From: Octopus sinensis
Lineage: Eukaryota
Assembly (NCBI RefSeq): GCF_006345805.1
Contig: NC_043006.1
Coordinates: 57,846,001 to 57,910,000, forward strand
Reading direction: 5' to 3'
DNA length: 64,000 nt
The stretch's first letter is position 1. Every line of letters begins with the position of its first letter. A program made the translations under genes and the position numbers. The notes under the pieces are model-generated. The model was not told where the DNA came from. It did no database searches and saw only the letters and a program-made list of their open reading frames with translations. This document shows positions 51,431 to 64,000 of this stretch, in pieces.

Positions 51431-54233
51431 AAGGAGCCAGAAAGTACCTTCAAGGTTAACATGTCCAAGAAGATAACTAGAAGAATAGAAGTGCAGTGAC
51501 CTTTAAAGATCCTCTGGGGTGTTGTAAGTGCAAGGAACTTGGCCCCAATGCTTGCAATAATGTAGACTTATCTAAGGGTATCTGAGTGTCTGGTAGTCGT
51601 CAGGTGTTTTAACTGGGTAAAAGTTTAGTCTATGACCTATGAACAGATTCTTTGAAGGGTTTGCACCTACTTGACCACTACTGTTCTCTACATACAACCT
51701 ATGTGTATGAGTGTGCATGTATATTAATAAGACAAGTCCCTTAACCCTTGGGGTGCTGCAGCCATGCAGCATATCTAGGGTGAGAAAGCCTGGTGGAGTC
51801 CATCCCTCTCCAAACTAACCTCATTTCTACAGCTGAATGAACTGGAGCAACATGAAATGAAGCATTTTGCTCAAGAGCATAACAGAATGCCTGGTCCAGG
51901 GATCGAAACCACGAACTTACAGTTGTGAATCCATCACCCTAACCACTAAGCAACGCACCTCCACTAGTGGTACTCATTTCTACAGCTGAGTGGATGAGAG
52001 CAACATGAAGTGAAGTATTGTACTCAGAACCTAATGCATCACCCAGTCCAGGAATTGAAACCACAATCTTATGATCATAAGTCCAACAGCCTAACCACTA
52101 AGCCACGCAGCTCCAGATATATATGTATACACGCACACACACACACACACACATACACACACACACAACAGAAAGCCATGATTTATGAGAGATGAATATA
52201 TTTATTTCACCAGTTGATAACTATTTCGCAGCCTTCACCATGTAATAATAGTTATTATAATTTTAGTGTATAATCAGTTATTTTATATGTTTGCACCAAT
52301 ATGCATGTTACACATTGCACAGGAACTACTTGGATTTTCAGAACATTTGCACAGACTTGCTGAGTTTAGGAAGTGGTCTTACTCAGTTACAAGTTGACTT
52401 CTAACATTTGACTTCAGGTCAAACCTTATCAGCAGATCTATGATCTAAGACATTCAAACTATGCCAATCATTTACTTTACATTTTCAGGCATAGTATATC
52501 TAGGTTTATCTTATCCTATGTACTTGGTGCTATTGCTGTTGTTGCTCTTATCTGATTCAACAGACTTATGATTGAAGATGTTCTAGCCATAATCAGGCAA
52601 TTCTTCATTCAGGACTACACCAACCAAAGTGTCCTCTTTCTGTTTTTATTAAAACAATACAAGGTAATGTGAGGGAAATTTGGCTGTTGTTTCTAGCAGG
52701 TCTTGTAGTGGCTCACTGTTGTTAACAGCAGCAGTGGCGATGGTGGTGGCAACAGTATAGATATTAGCAGTTTCTGGTTTCTAAATGAAGCAGTGTACAT
52801 CTCTCCAAGTATATGACCTTAGATGTTGGGGCATCAAACTATTGAATATAGAACGAGACAATGGTTTATATTTCAATTGCTTAGGTCAGTTTTCATCTGG
52901 GGCATAAGAGAGGTGGTGGTGGTGGTGGTAGTAGAAGTAGTAGAGGAGGGGGGGGTTATATGTACACCAATTACTGTATGTTCTTCATCTCTAAGTATCA
53001 GTTTCATATTCTTTGTATTTGCATTGCTTTCTGCCTTGTTTGTAACGTTATATAATTATTTAATTTATTCACTGTATTATTGTGATTGTGTAACATTTCA
53101 GATTTTGAAAGTTGCTTTTGTATGTGTGCATGTTAACATAAATAAATAAGTAAATAAATAATCTGTGTGTGTGTGAGAGAGAGAGAGGAAGAGACTATTT
53201 CCAATGCTTCTTTTCCCTTTCTCTACACTGAAATTGAATCACCAATTGTGGTAGGTATTACATTAAGCAATGAATGAAAATCAGACTTCAATATCTAGGT
53301 ACATATATACCCAAGCAAACATGCATGCATATGCACACACACTCATCATCATCATCAATTTAATGTCCACTTTTCCATGCTTGCATGGGTCAGACTGAAT
53401 TTGGTGAGGCAGATTTTCCAGAACTGGACACCCTTTTGGTCATCAGACCTCACCTGTTCCCTAGTAAGGTAATAGTTTCCCACGTGGAGGAGGGGAAAGA
53501 GGGGAGGATGAGGGAGATGGAGAGAGAAGGGGAAGAGGAAAGAGAGATGGAGAGTGCAAGAGATAGAAAGGGAGCACTTGTGTTTGCATGAAACTTCCAG
53601 TATTGGATATCTCTACATGTTGAATACCTGCTATTAGGATCATCCCATCTCTAATATTTTGCTTTTGTGTGTATGTGTGAATAGTCTCATAACATACACA
53701 CAGTCTCTTACTAGCTAAAACAATGACTTATATTATAACCAAAAACTCTATCAAAACAGAGAAAGACATAAGAAGACCACCATCACAATAACAACAAGAG
53801 CAACAGCAAAAAGGTCATTGTACAGGTTTGTGAGTAACTAGAGCAGTTCACATCAAAAAGGCCAGCTGAAACAGGTTCAGAACTGTAGAAGTGACCACTA
53901 CATAAATGGCACAGTGTGAAGATAACAATAAAGAATACACACACTTCATGTCCATAACACCTACTTGATATCATTAGAATGAATAAATAAATAGATGCAA
54001 TGAAATATAGCCACTTTTCAAGAATTATCTTTGATGGACAAGTTTTGAAATATTCAGGAAGCTAATGATGTCATTCTGACCCAGAAGTACCTTACTAACC
54101 CTTGAGAATGATTCATATTTTTTAACAGAGTCAAAGAGCACATTTGTTGTTGTTGTTGTTATTCAGTGCTAGATTTGTGATGATGAAGTAAATTTATGAT
54201 TAAAGGAATCCCTGACATGACCATCTAGTTTAA

Positions 54234-54451
54234 CCCTTTGGCATTTAAATTTGGCCATATCTGACTCAAATAGTTCACCTGTTTGATGTTCAAACGAACC
54301 AGATCTGGCCTCTCACACTTACCATACAATGTCATTCTAAAACTTAACTGCATCATTGAAATCTTGATGCTACAAGATAATATATGATTAATTCAAACCA
54401 GTGTGAATAAATAAGTATAAGATTTAACAGAATAATCTGAATGCTAAAGGG
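54234..54451. mobile_element. piggyBac-like MITE (218 bp)
   Basis: TTAA|CCCTTTGGCATT ... AATGCTAAAGGG|TTTA. Confidence 0.75.
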
Positions 54452-54679
54452 TTTAGGGATATCTAGAACTACATTACTTCATGAGCCCTTTCCAGTATCT
54501 AATACAGTAGGGGAAGATTTGGTTATAATTTCCAGCAAATCAAGCAATCACATAGAGGCTCCTCTGAAAACTCAAAAGCTAATTAGCTTGATTCGAAGAC
54601 CTGTAGAGGATATAACTGATCCCAGTATATTATCAGTTTGTCTTTTAATTAAGTATTACTATAGAGCACTGTACAATGT

Positions 54680-55027
54680 AGACAGACAGATAGATAGATG
54701 TCGACAGAGAGATAGATATAGACAGAAAGATAGATATAGAAAGAGAGATAGATATAGATAGATACATACATACATTACACATACAGAGAGGGTTGGGGAG
54801 TAAATTATTTGCTGCACAGTCACTTGACCTGCTAGAAATACCATGTAAATTTATTTTGGGTCTTTGTTTTGTGGATCAAACTTGACCTGGGTTAACAACA
54901 ATCGACAAACACAATGTCAACTTGTGAGAGAGAGAGAGAGAGAGATATAGAGAGAGAGAGAAACGGAGGCAGAGAAGAAAGTAACAGAAAGTAGCAAAGG
55001 AAGATAGCGTGAAATAAAAAAGAACAG

Positions 55028-55059
<32 letters not shown>

Positions 55060-55080
55060 AGAGAGAGAGAGAAAGGGAAG
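54680..55080. repeat. (GATA)/(GA)n microsatellite region
   Basis: Read directly. Confidence 0.85.
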
Positions 55081-55199
55081 TGATGAGAAAAAAGAGTGTT
55101 GTGTTCGCTGTGGTTATAATAACAAGTGAAGATAATTAAGACAAAAAGCTATGAGAAGTGAGACTCAGATGAGTTAAGTGTGTTGCTATGAGTTATGTA

Positions 55200-55420
55200 G
55201 GTTTTAAAATACTGGTTCTCATAAAATGGGTTCTAAAACATATGTTTCTAATAAGACCATTGTTCTGACAAAAGAGCCGCTCTAATAAAATGCACATTCT
55301 AAAACAGGTTTTAATGAAACACGTGTTCTAATATAATGTGTCCTTACAAAATACATAGTTCAAAACACGTGTTCTGATAAAACATGTTCTAAAGTCTATG
55401 TTATAGTAAAAGTTCTAAAT
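55200..55420. repeat. Degenerate short-period tandem array with AAAAC(N)GTTCT cores
   Basis: aaaacatatgtttct, gaaacacgtgttct, aaaacacgtgttct, aaaacatgttct and weaker copies. Confidence 0.6.
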
Positions 55421-55540
55421 AATGTTGAAGACTGTTGTAAAGAAATTGAAAATAGGCATGGCTGTGTGGTTAAGAAGTTGCATGCTTTGAAGTTCAATCC
55501 CACTTTGGGTAATTGTCTTTTTTGATAGCACCAAACTGTT

Positions 55541-55786
55541 TAAGGTGGTGAGCTGGCAGAAACATTAGCACGCTGGGTGAAATGCTTAGTGGTATTTCAC
55601 CTGCCATTATGTTCCGAGTTCAAATTCTGCCGAGGTCGACTTTGCCTTTCATCCTTTCGGGGTCAATAAATTAAGTACCAGTTATGCACTGGGGTCAATG
55701 TAATTCAACTTAATCCCTTTGTCTGTCTTCGTTTGTCCCTTCTATGTTTAGCCCTTTGTGGGCAATAAAGAAATAAGAAACTGTGT
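55541..55786 (+). mobile_element. Full-length SINE nested in another SINE
   Basis: AAACTGT is present on both sides; same family as 17847-18081. Confidence 0.8.
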
Positions 55787-55807
55787 GGAGGCTTGTCATG
55801 TGTGTGT

Positions 55808-55855
<48 letters not shown>

Positions 55856-56381
55856 TTGCATCTTTGTGGTTGCCTCTCACTGATGTATTCACATCCCTCT
55901 AACTTAACAGTTTAGCAAAAAGAAATCAACAGAATAAGTGCCAGGTTTAAAATAAATACCACCGATTGGTTTGAATGGACCATTCAAGGCAATGCCCCAG
56001 CATGGCCACACTTCACTACCAACCTAGACTGAAACAAAAAAAGAACAAGTACAAGGATAAAAGAATAAATGCAGTGAAAGCTGCTTATTGTGATTACTTT
56101 GTGATGGAGCTTCTTAGATAATGATAACCAAATGATGACATTAAGCAGAGGATATAATATGAGTGTGTTTGGGACCTTCTGATTTTGATAGTAATAGCTA
56201 TTTGATAACATTATCTAGGATTGTAATAAGTGGCTGCGACTTAATGTTAAATATAAATTAAGACAAATGAATATTAAGATGCTTAATGAAAAATAATGAA
56301 TCACATCTGCAGAAACTTGGCAGTAGAGTAATTAAAGATACATAAATCTACCTGGTAATATCTATCTTTACATCTTTAAAG

Positions 56382-56414
<33 letters not shown>

Positions 56415-56441
56415 TATCACATACATGCACACACTCACACG

Positions 56442-56497
<56 letters not shown>

Positions 56498-56501
56498 CAT
56501 A

Positions 56502-57459
56502 CAGGGGTTGAACAAAACAATGGAAACACCTAGCATCATAATTTTGAAATATCTATAAAACCGTCAAAAGTTTGTTAATTTAGTGTTGCTTAATATGCTT
56601 TGCTTAAATTGCAGTTTCTTTTCAGATATCATCAGAAAAAGGTAATTAAAATTCATTAAAATAATATATCTATTGGACTTTCAAAGAGGTCAAATTGTTG
56701 GTGCTTGTATGGCAGGTGCTAGCATGATGAAAACAGCTGAAATGTTTTGTGTATCAAGTACTGTCTTGAAAGTAATGACAGCCTTTGAGAAAGAGGGAAA
56801 AACCTCCTCATCGAAATGAAACTCTGGAAGAAAACCAAAACTTTCAGATAGGGACCGGACTCTTACAAGAATTGTTAGAAAGGATCACAAAGTAAAGCTC
56901 CCAAAATGACTGCAGAGCTTAGTGACCACCTCGAGAACCCAGTTTCCACAAAAACTGCTTGCTGGGAGATGCATAAAGCTGGATTTTATGGGAAGGCTGC
57001 AATCAGAAAACCACTACATTCAAAAACGATGTTGCAAAGTGTTTAGAGTAGAGTAAAAACCTACAGAATTAGTCCCTAGAGGAAATGCAATCTTTCAGGA
57101 TGATAATGCACCAATTCACACAGCTAAAGTTGTTACTGAATGACATGAGGAACATTCAAGTTAAGTTGAACATCTTATCTGGCCACCACAGTCCCCAGAT
57201 CTCAATATTATTGAACATTTCTGGTGCATTTTAGGAAAAACAAGTAAGGAATTGATATCCTCCACCATCATTACTACAAGAACTGGAGTCTGCTTTAACC
57301 AAAGAACGGACAAAAATTCCTTTGGAAACAATTCAAACTTTGTACAAGTCCATACCTCATAAAAATCAAGTTGTAATTACTGCCAAAGGTGGTCCTACGC
57401 CACATTAAAATAAATTTGTTTGAAATTTTAAGGTGTTTCCATTATTTTTCCTACCCTTG
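56502..57459 (+). mobile_element. Internally deleted Tc1-family transposon with DD36E spacing
   Basis: TIRs caggggttgaacaaaacaatggaaacacct / aggtgtttccattatttttcctacccttg with TA flanks; DFQRGQIVGA...SGRKPKLSDRD; FQDDNAPIHTAKVVTE*HEEHSS*VEHLIWPPQSPDLNIIE has 36 residues between D and E. Confidence 0.9.
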
Positions 57460-58305
57460 TAATATATATATAACACATGTAGCAAGATATTGTAGACGAT
57501 TGTGATAGCTAATTGGCAATATTTCCACATGTGCATGCATGCGTGTTTTCCTGTTGACTTCAAAGAACCAAAATGTTTCTCAACAATAAATGTACTTTTC
57601 TCCTTCTCCCTCAGATAAAAGAATAACCCTAAAACATCATTCCCTCCTACTCCCTCCTTACCATGGCCTACAAACTGAGCTAAAACTCACACTTCACTAC
57701 CAACCTAGAGAAAGCAAGCATGCTTTATGCTGTTAGGATTTAGATAAACTCTCACCAGAAACTTGTTCACAAAATACAGAATATTTGCTTCAAAGTGGGT
57801 AATACATACAAATACAAGCATACATCAAACCAATAAATTGCATATCTATCATAACCATAACACATAAACCCATAGACCAAGATATGTGGTGGTGGTGGTG
57901 TGAATTATGGAAAGTTAGGAATGGTATACTTCAAATGTTATCTCCCTTCTCCACACCCTTCCCAGTCAAACCAAGTATAGTTTCCTAAATGCATATCTGA
58001 CCACCCATAAAAATGCTGAAGTTATATTAATTACGATTATATTACATCAACATCCTAGAATTACGCTTTCACTTATATGACCTAAATAAACACAAAAATA
58101 ACACAGTTTCATTTCAATGTTAATTGCCATCTGTAAGTTCAAAGCCTATGTCAGTTAGACAAAAGATTGAAACTACTACCTAATCCCTATGTATCAGGCA
58201 ATCAGCTGGATGGTCACAATTAGAACTGCTTTCACCAAAGTTCGTTTAATCATTGCTGACCTGGGTCCTGTCAGCTTTAACTGAATAACAAATTAACCGG
58301 CAATA

Positions 58306-58482
58306 GGACTTCTATCTGATCATTCAAATTCCCAAAAACAGAAGCCAAAATCTCCCTCAAATCCTGCCTGACTGTTTATAAGGAATGGATGGGACTTCTA
58401 TCAAATCATTCAGTTTGCCAGAAACAGATGCCAAACTAACCTTCAAATTCTACCTGACGGTTTATAAGAAATGGATGGGCAC
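58306..58482 (+). repeat. Two-copy tandem duplication of about 88 bp
   Basis: ggacttctatc..atcattca...cctgac[t/g]gtttataag[g/a]aatggatggg occurs twice. Confidence 0.8.
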
Positions 58483-59701
58483 TTATAACTGTTTGTGAAG
58501 TCAATGTAAGTGATCCCTGAAGAGTATAAATAAAGCTGCTTGATATTCAGAGCATTAAATAAAGCTAGTTGATACTTATTCTAAGCCACTGAAAGCCCTG
58601 TAGTTTAACCAAATGGCATAAGTTCTCAGTAAGAACTAGATATATGGCTATTAAACCTAATAAACTTCTGGTACATTAATAGCATTATAAACCACATATC
58701 TATAAATTTTAGTCAATACTGTATATAATAGAGAAATGTAAACATTTTATCACGGCAACAGAATACATTCGCATCCTAAATGTAGACTTTGTTTACATAT
58801 TGCTTCTATAGTCAAATCATGCCTGTAGTTGTGCTTGCTGTCAGCATGTTAAATAATGACCAATTCTCACAAACAGGCTTAGAGGAATGAATCAATGTCA
58901 TAATGGTGGTGTGTAAAGTGGTTATCCACCATGGCTGCTAGGAAAGAAAGTGTTAACAGGAGTAAATCAAACAGACCTAATTTGGTAAAAATAATACAAG
59001 GCCTGACCAAATGTCACATCTCGCTCAATCCTAATACTAACCAAAGTCAAACTTAACATTCCATGTCTTTCATCTATCATACATAACCCTTTTTGATTTG
59101 ATGAAATGAGTAACAGTAACACACTGGTATCGATTGACTCTAACATATTCTCTCTCTAACAAATTATTATCACAAACCTTACCTAGATTATCTTAGCTTT
59201 CTATAACCTCTAGGTAAGCTGACCTAAGTAGTACCTGTAATACACTGTAGGTGATACTGAATCACTGGGCTGTTCACCCTCTTCTCCATGTCAGACTTCC
59301 AACATCACTGTAAATGGTGAAATGTTTTTCTGGAGCAAGAAATTTAATTCTACCTTATCATGTCTAAGGCTCCTTGTTTAATGAAGATAATTATCTTACT
59401 TTACAACAACCACATCAAATATCCTTTATAACACTCATACACATTGAATGTAATTACAATCAAATATATTCCTCAACAGAAATCTATTACTTAACGAAGA
59501 TGAAATCAACAGCATCCTTACGTTATTTTATTAGATTGTTATAAACATTTTGTTTGAAGTTTAGAGGAAGCCATTCATCTGTCTTCAGTCACTTCTCAAA
59601 CAGGAAGTGAAGAATTTTCTGGGTTTCTGAAGATTCCAGCATGTATATCACATGTATGTTGCTCCATGTTTTTGTGATTTTTGCTTCTCTTTTCATCATA
59701 G

Positions 59702-59734
<33 letters not shown>

Positions 59735-59999
59735 AACCTGTTAATCAGGTCTTTCTGTTGTTTTCTTAATCTATTTTTCTTTAACCTCTCTCTAACTTTG
59801 TTTATCAATCATGTTCATCTCTTGTTTTTTCAGTCCCCCACAGCTTGTTTCAGCCTCATCAGCAGCAAAACTAACATCATATCATTATTATCATTATCAT
59901 CATTATCTATACTATTCCAAGATTGCTGATCACTGCCACAGTCCAACCTGCTTCTCACCACCACCAACACCACAACCAGCAACTATCTATGAGGCTTAC

Positions 60000-60420
60000 C
60001 ACTGCTAAAGAGAGGAGCCTCTGTTTGTTACTACCATACCATAAGAAGCCAAAATGACCATACTTAACCTCCCTTCATGCATCTATTGTTGATGGCTTTG
60101 TGATTTTTCTCAAAGCTTTAAATGATTCTTAAGTTCTGAAAAAGCTTGAAAGGGCTCCAGTTTCCTTACTGTGATAAATTAAATATTAGTCAGAGCACAT
60201 TTCCATAGATAATACAATGTTCTGCTTATCTCGCTTAAAGGAACAAATTAAATGTTATACTGATCCAGAACACACAAAAGCTACTTGAATATTGCTTGAT
60301 TATAAAAAGGGGTACTGGAGATACTACTGAAAGATCTTATAAAAGTCACTTCAACACTGTAGCAAATTAGATGAGGAATCAGACCACCTGCTCACTGAGA
60401 GTGGTTCAAATCTATTGCAG
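60000..60420 (+). pseudogene. Decayed LRR-like coding remnant
   Basis: PYLTSLHASIVDGFVIFLKALNDS*VLKKLE resembles an RI-type LRR; ends at attgcag|gtattt; in-frame stops. Confidence 0.3.
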
Positions 60421-60817
60421 GTATTTACTTGGGTTTTTCAATGTCGATAATATTATACATTGTTACAATTTTCTTAGATTGTTCATTCATTTAACATCTA
60501 TTTTCCCATACTAGCACGGGTTGGATAAGGTCTTATTTGCAAGACAACCAGATGCTGTACCTGTAGCCAATCCTAACTTGATTTTCAAATTAGGGCTTTA
60601 TTTCATTGGTCTTCAAAACCACTGACCGTAATCAAAGTTACAGAGTGACTGTCGTAATGTCTAAAAGTAACAAGCACCATATCAATGCCTCGCTCAGCCA
60701 GTGACAAACAAAAACCAGGGAATGACAATATTCATGCACACACACAAACATACACAGTGAAGAACAAAATACAATAAGATGGAATAAATTTGCAATCAAC
60801 ATTATTAGACTGATGCT

Positions 60818-60873
<56 letters not shown>

Positions 60874-62684
60874 CACACACATATTGAATATTCTCTCTAT
60901 TATCCTATGTAAAGACACAACATGAAGTGATTGGCAATAGGATGGGCATCCAGTTGTAGAAACCAAGCCAAATGTCAAGTACGAGTAGCAGTTAATGGAA
61001 ACAAAAGCTCCCATTGGGTGATGGCTCAAACCATGATAACCTGTCCAACACATGCCAGCATGAAAAACAGATGTAAAAGTAATGATGATGATGATATATA
61101 TAGACATGATGAGCTTCCATTCAGTTATTGTTGACCAAGTTTTTTCATCAAGAATTGGTTGGCTTTGGGTTGTAGTAGAAGACACTCATCTAATGTACAA
61201 TGTAAGGGTTTGAACCTAAAATCACGTGGTTTCAAGTGAACTTCTTAACAACAGAGCCATGCCTCCACCGCTTGTGGTTAGCAAATAGATAGATCATCCA
61301 GGAATACAACCAATGATAGATTGTTGTCTCATCCAGTTGGAGGTTTGTCTCACACCTGTCCAAAGCCATGTATCCAAAGTTAAGCACCATTATCATCTAT
61401 CTTTTACTTTTTCAGTCATTAGACTATGGCCATGCTGGGGCACCACTTGAAGAATTTTAGCTGAATGAATTGATCCCAGTACTTGCTTTTTAATGTCTGA
61501 TACTTATTCTATCAGTGTCTTTTGCTGAACCACTAAGTTACAGGGACATGAATACACCAACACCTGTTGTCAAGTGGTGGTGGGTGGCAAACACATACAC
61601 AAAGACACATATACAACAGGTTTCTTTCAGTTTCTGTCTACCAGATCCATTCACAAGGCTTTGGTCAGCCCGAGGCTGCAGCAGAAGACACTTAAGGTGC
61701 CATGCAGCAGGACTGAACCTGGAACCATGTGACTTGGAAGCAAACTTCTTAGCCCAGCAGCAACACCTGCACCTTAAAAAAAAATCTCCACAGGGTTTCC
61801 AAAGGTGGTGTTGACATTTTTGCATACATTATCTTAACAATAAGGGCGTTTTATATTCCAGACAATAGTGGAAGAAAGAATAAAAAAAGAAACAACACCA
61901 TAACACCGATTTGAGATTTAATAATCCTTCTCATTTTTGTTATATACCAAGCCAATCAAGAATTTTTTTGTTTTTTTTTTGTAAATTTTTATCCTAGTGT
62001 GACAGATTATATATGGATATAAGGTTTGTGCCAATTTTCCAGTATGAGCTGGATAACATGCTCATCTAGTTTTACAAAAGCATCTCCCATTGACATCCCT
62101 AAGTCCCCTCACACACATGTAACTGAAGAATCTTTAATCTACCCACATCTCAATCACAAATCACACAAGCTGACTGTTTCCTTTAGCACTAAAAGCATCA
62201 ATTATTTTGTTTTGTTTACTTGTTTTTTTTTTGTTTTTTTTTTTTCTATCTCTCCTTCATCCACCAACAGCTGTCTCTCTTACATGTGGAAGACAGGGAT
62301 AAAAAATCGGACAATGTCATGTCTGAGATCAATTTTTGCTGGTATGTCTATCTGCAGGATATATGCTACAGTATATTTGATATTGCATCCTTCTAATATC
62401 TCTCTCTCTCTCTCTCTCTATCTGTGCATACACAAACACAAACATTTATTCAAATACTCACATGCACACATATAAGCATATATACAAATATTCATACACA
62501 CATAAACATATATAAACAAATGTGTTAGTATATATATGTGTATTTTATGTGTGTGTGTGTATATATTTATATTTACATTGTGTGTATGTATGTATTTATA
62601 TATAAAGAGAAAAAATAAGGATAAACACAAGTTTATATATACATGCATGATGTATACATATATACACACACACACACACATATG

Positions 62685-62809
62685 TATACAAACATGTATA
62701 CAAACACATGTACACACACACACACATATGTATACAAACATGTATACAAACACATGTACACACACACACACACACATATATATATACAAACATGTATACA
62801 AACACATGT

Positions 62810-62840
<31 letters not shown>

Positions 62841-62863
62841 CAAACATGTATACAAACACATGT

Positions 62864-62910
<47 letters not shown>
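62685..62910. repeat. Higher-order minisatellite, four units
   Basis: tatacaaacatgtatacaaacacatgta(ca)n(ta)n x4 with variable internal tract lengths. Confidence 0.9.
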
Positions 62911-62916
<6 letters not shown>

Positions 62917-63104
62917 ATACAATATTACACACTGATATATGACACAGAAAGAGCGAGAGAGAGAGAGAGATTAGGAGTATGCAGGAAGCCGCCTGATTTA
63001 GTGGTATGGAACAGGTGATAATATTTATGTTGAGTATTGTTTAGTTAGATCCATCAGTAATTCAACTGATGGCATCAGAAATTTTACTGAATGTAGTTGC
63101 AAGT

Positions 63105-63545
63105 CATCATCATCATTTTACGTCCATTTTCCATGCTGGCATGGGTTAGACAGTCTGACAGGTGCTGACCACTTGAAGAGATATTCAGGCTCCATGTATG
63201 TTTTGGCATCGTTTCTACAGCCGGACGTCCTTCCTAACACCAACCACTTTACAGAGTGTATTGGGCACATTTACAAAGCACTGGCATGGATGTTTTTTCT
63301 GTGGCACCAGCACCTACAAGCCTGCAAGACTAGGGATGCTCAGCTGAGATGGTTGCAAGAGATGAGCCTGTATGCAAGAGCAACCATGCTTTTACGTAGC
63401 TTGACATGTCTTTTCAAACACAGCAAATCACAGGAGTCTTGGTCCCCTCTCACCTCCTGTGTAAGCCCCAGCATTTGTAGATCCTTTCTCATCACTTCAT
63501 CCTACGTCTTCTTGGGTTTACCCTTTCCACATGTTCCTCTACCAA
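63105..63545 (-). mobile_element. RTE LINE 3' end (last codons, UTR and tail)
   Basis: RGTCGKGKPKKT*DEVMRKDLQMLGL (GRPRKTW motif) is contiguous with the same tail seen in the short copies, linking those tails to an RTE LINE. Confidence 0.85.
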
Positions 63546-64000
63546 CCCCGAAAAATGTGAAATAAAATAAAATAAAAATCACTGCACTATATTCCACATA
63601 CTGTGCTATACAAAATGTCATTTCCCAGTCGTATATAAAATCTCATAAGAGCCTCTATGCAGTCACTCAGTCTGCTAGAAATAACAGTCAAATCTAGGTT
63701 TTCATCAATTGACAAACAAAATTAAAAAAACCGGATGATTCATTGCTAGGACACCTTTAACTATATGTGTACTAACCACCAGGACATATTTCATCACCAA
63801 GGTTGACCTAACACTAAGCAACAACAACATCCCATAATTATTTAATAAGTGAGATTAAATGTAGATGTTCTTGTTTAGCCCTAGATCATCCCCGATCAAG
63901 TAGACCTATAATAAAAGGCATCTCAACTGTGTTCTTTTTTGTTCAACATGTCGCTTCTTTTCTTTAAGACAGCTTAGTTGGAGCTGAGAGAGATTTGATT

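Noticed and set aside
53783-53974. Signal-peptide-like minus ORF
   Set aside because: Short, ends in a (TTG)n-derived poly-Leu, and has no supporting exon structure.
62685-62910. Repeat-spacer-like pattern as a CRISPR array
   Set aside because: The spacers are (CA)n(TA)n, not unique; eukaryotic context; no cas genes.
62418-63018. Long overlapping ORFs (CV/YI/HT-rich); likewise 8426-8697 and 39201-39640
   Set aside because: Translations of dinucleotide microsatellites, which lack stop codons in several frames.

Overview
AT-rich, repeat-dense eukaryotic DNA with no intact gene, rRNA, tRNA or CRISPR array that I can support. The repeat families and (CA)n/(TA)n/(CAT)n/(ATT)n microsatellites look like an octopus (coleoid cephalopod) genome; this is inference from memory of those families. 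Most listed ORFs are microsatellite or retroelement artefacts. Supported elements: three defective Tc1/mariner transposons with TIRs and TA flanks (mariner DD34D, maT-like, and one with DD36E spacing), a Tigger/pogo remnant, hAT and piggyBac-like MITEs, CR1 and RTE LINE fragments, and several tRNA-derived SINE families, some young with clear TSDs. The most interesting signal is a set of Penelope-like (PLE) non-coding remnants carrying minimal type I hammerhead ribozyme folds with palindromic stem III: 7564-7687 (-), 31807-31892 (-), and a half copy at 47967-47993 (+). The two complete folds each lie next to a large foldback with a 51-56 nt loop. There are also isolated candidate exons (27812-28014 +; 46747-46915 -, NB-ARC winged-helix-like) and scattered stop-riddled LRR-like segments on the + strand that may be a decayed NLR-type gene. 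All alignments were done by eye; repeat boundaries without a TIR or TSD are approximate.
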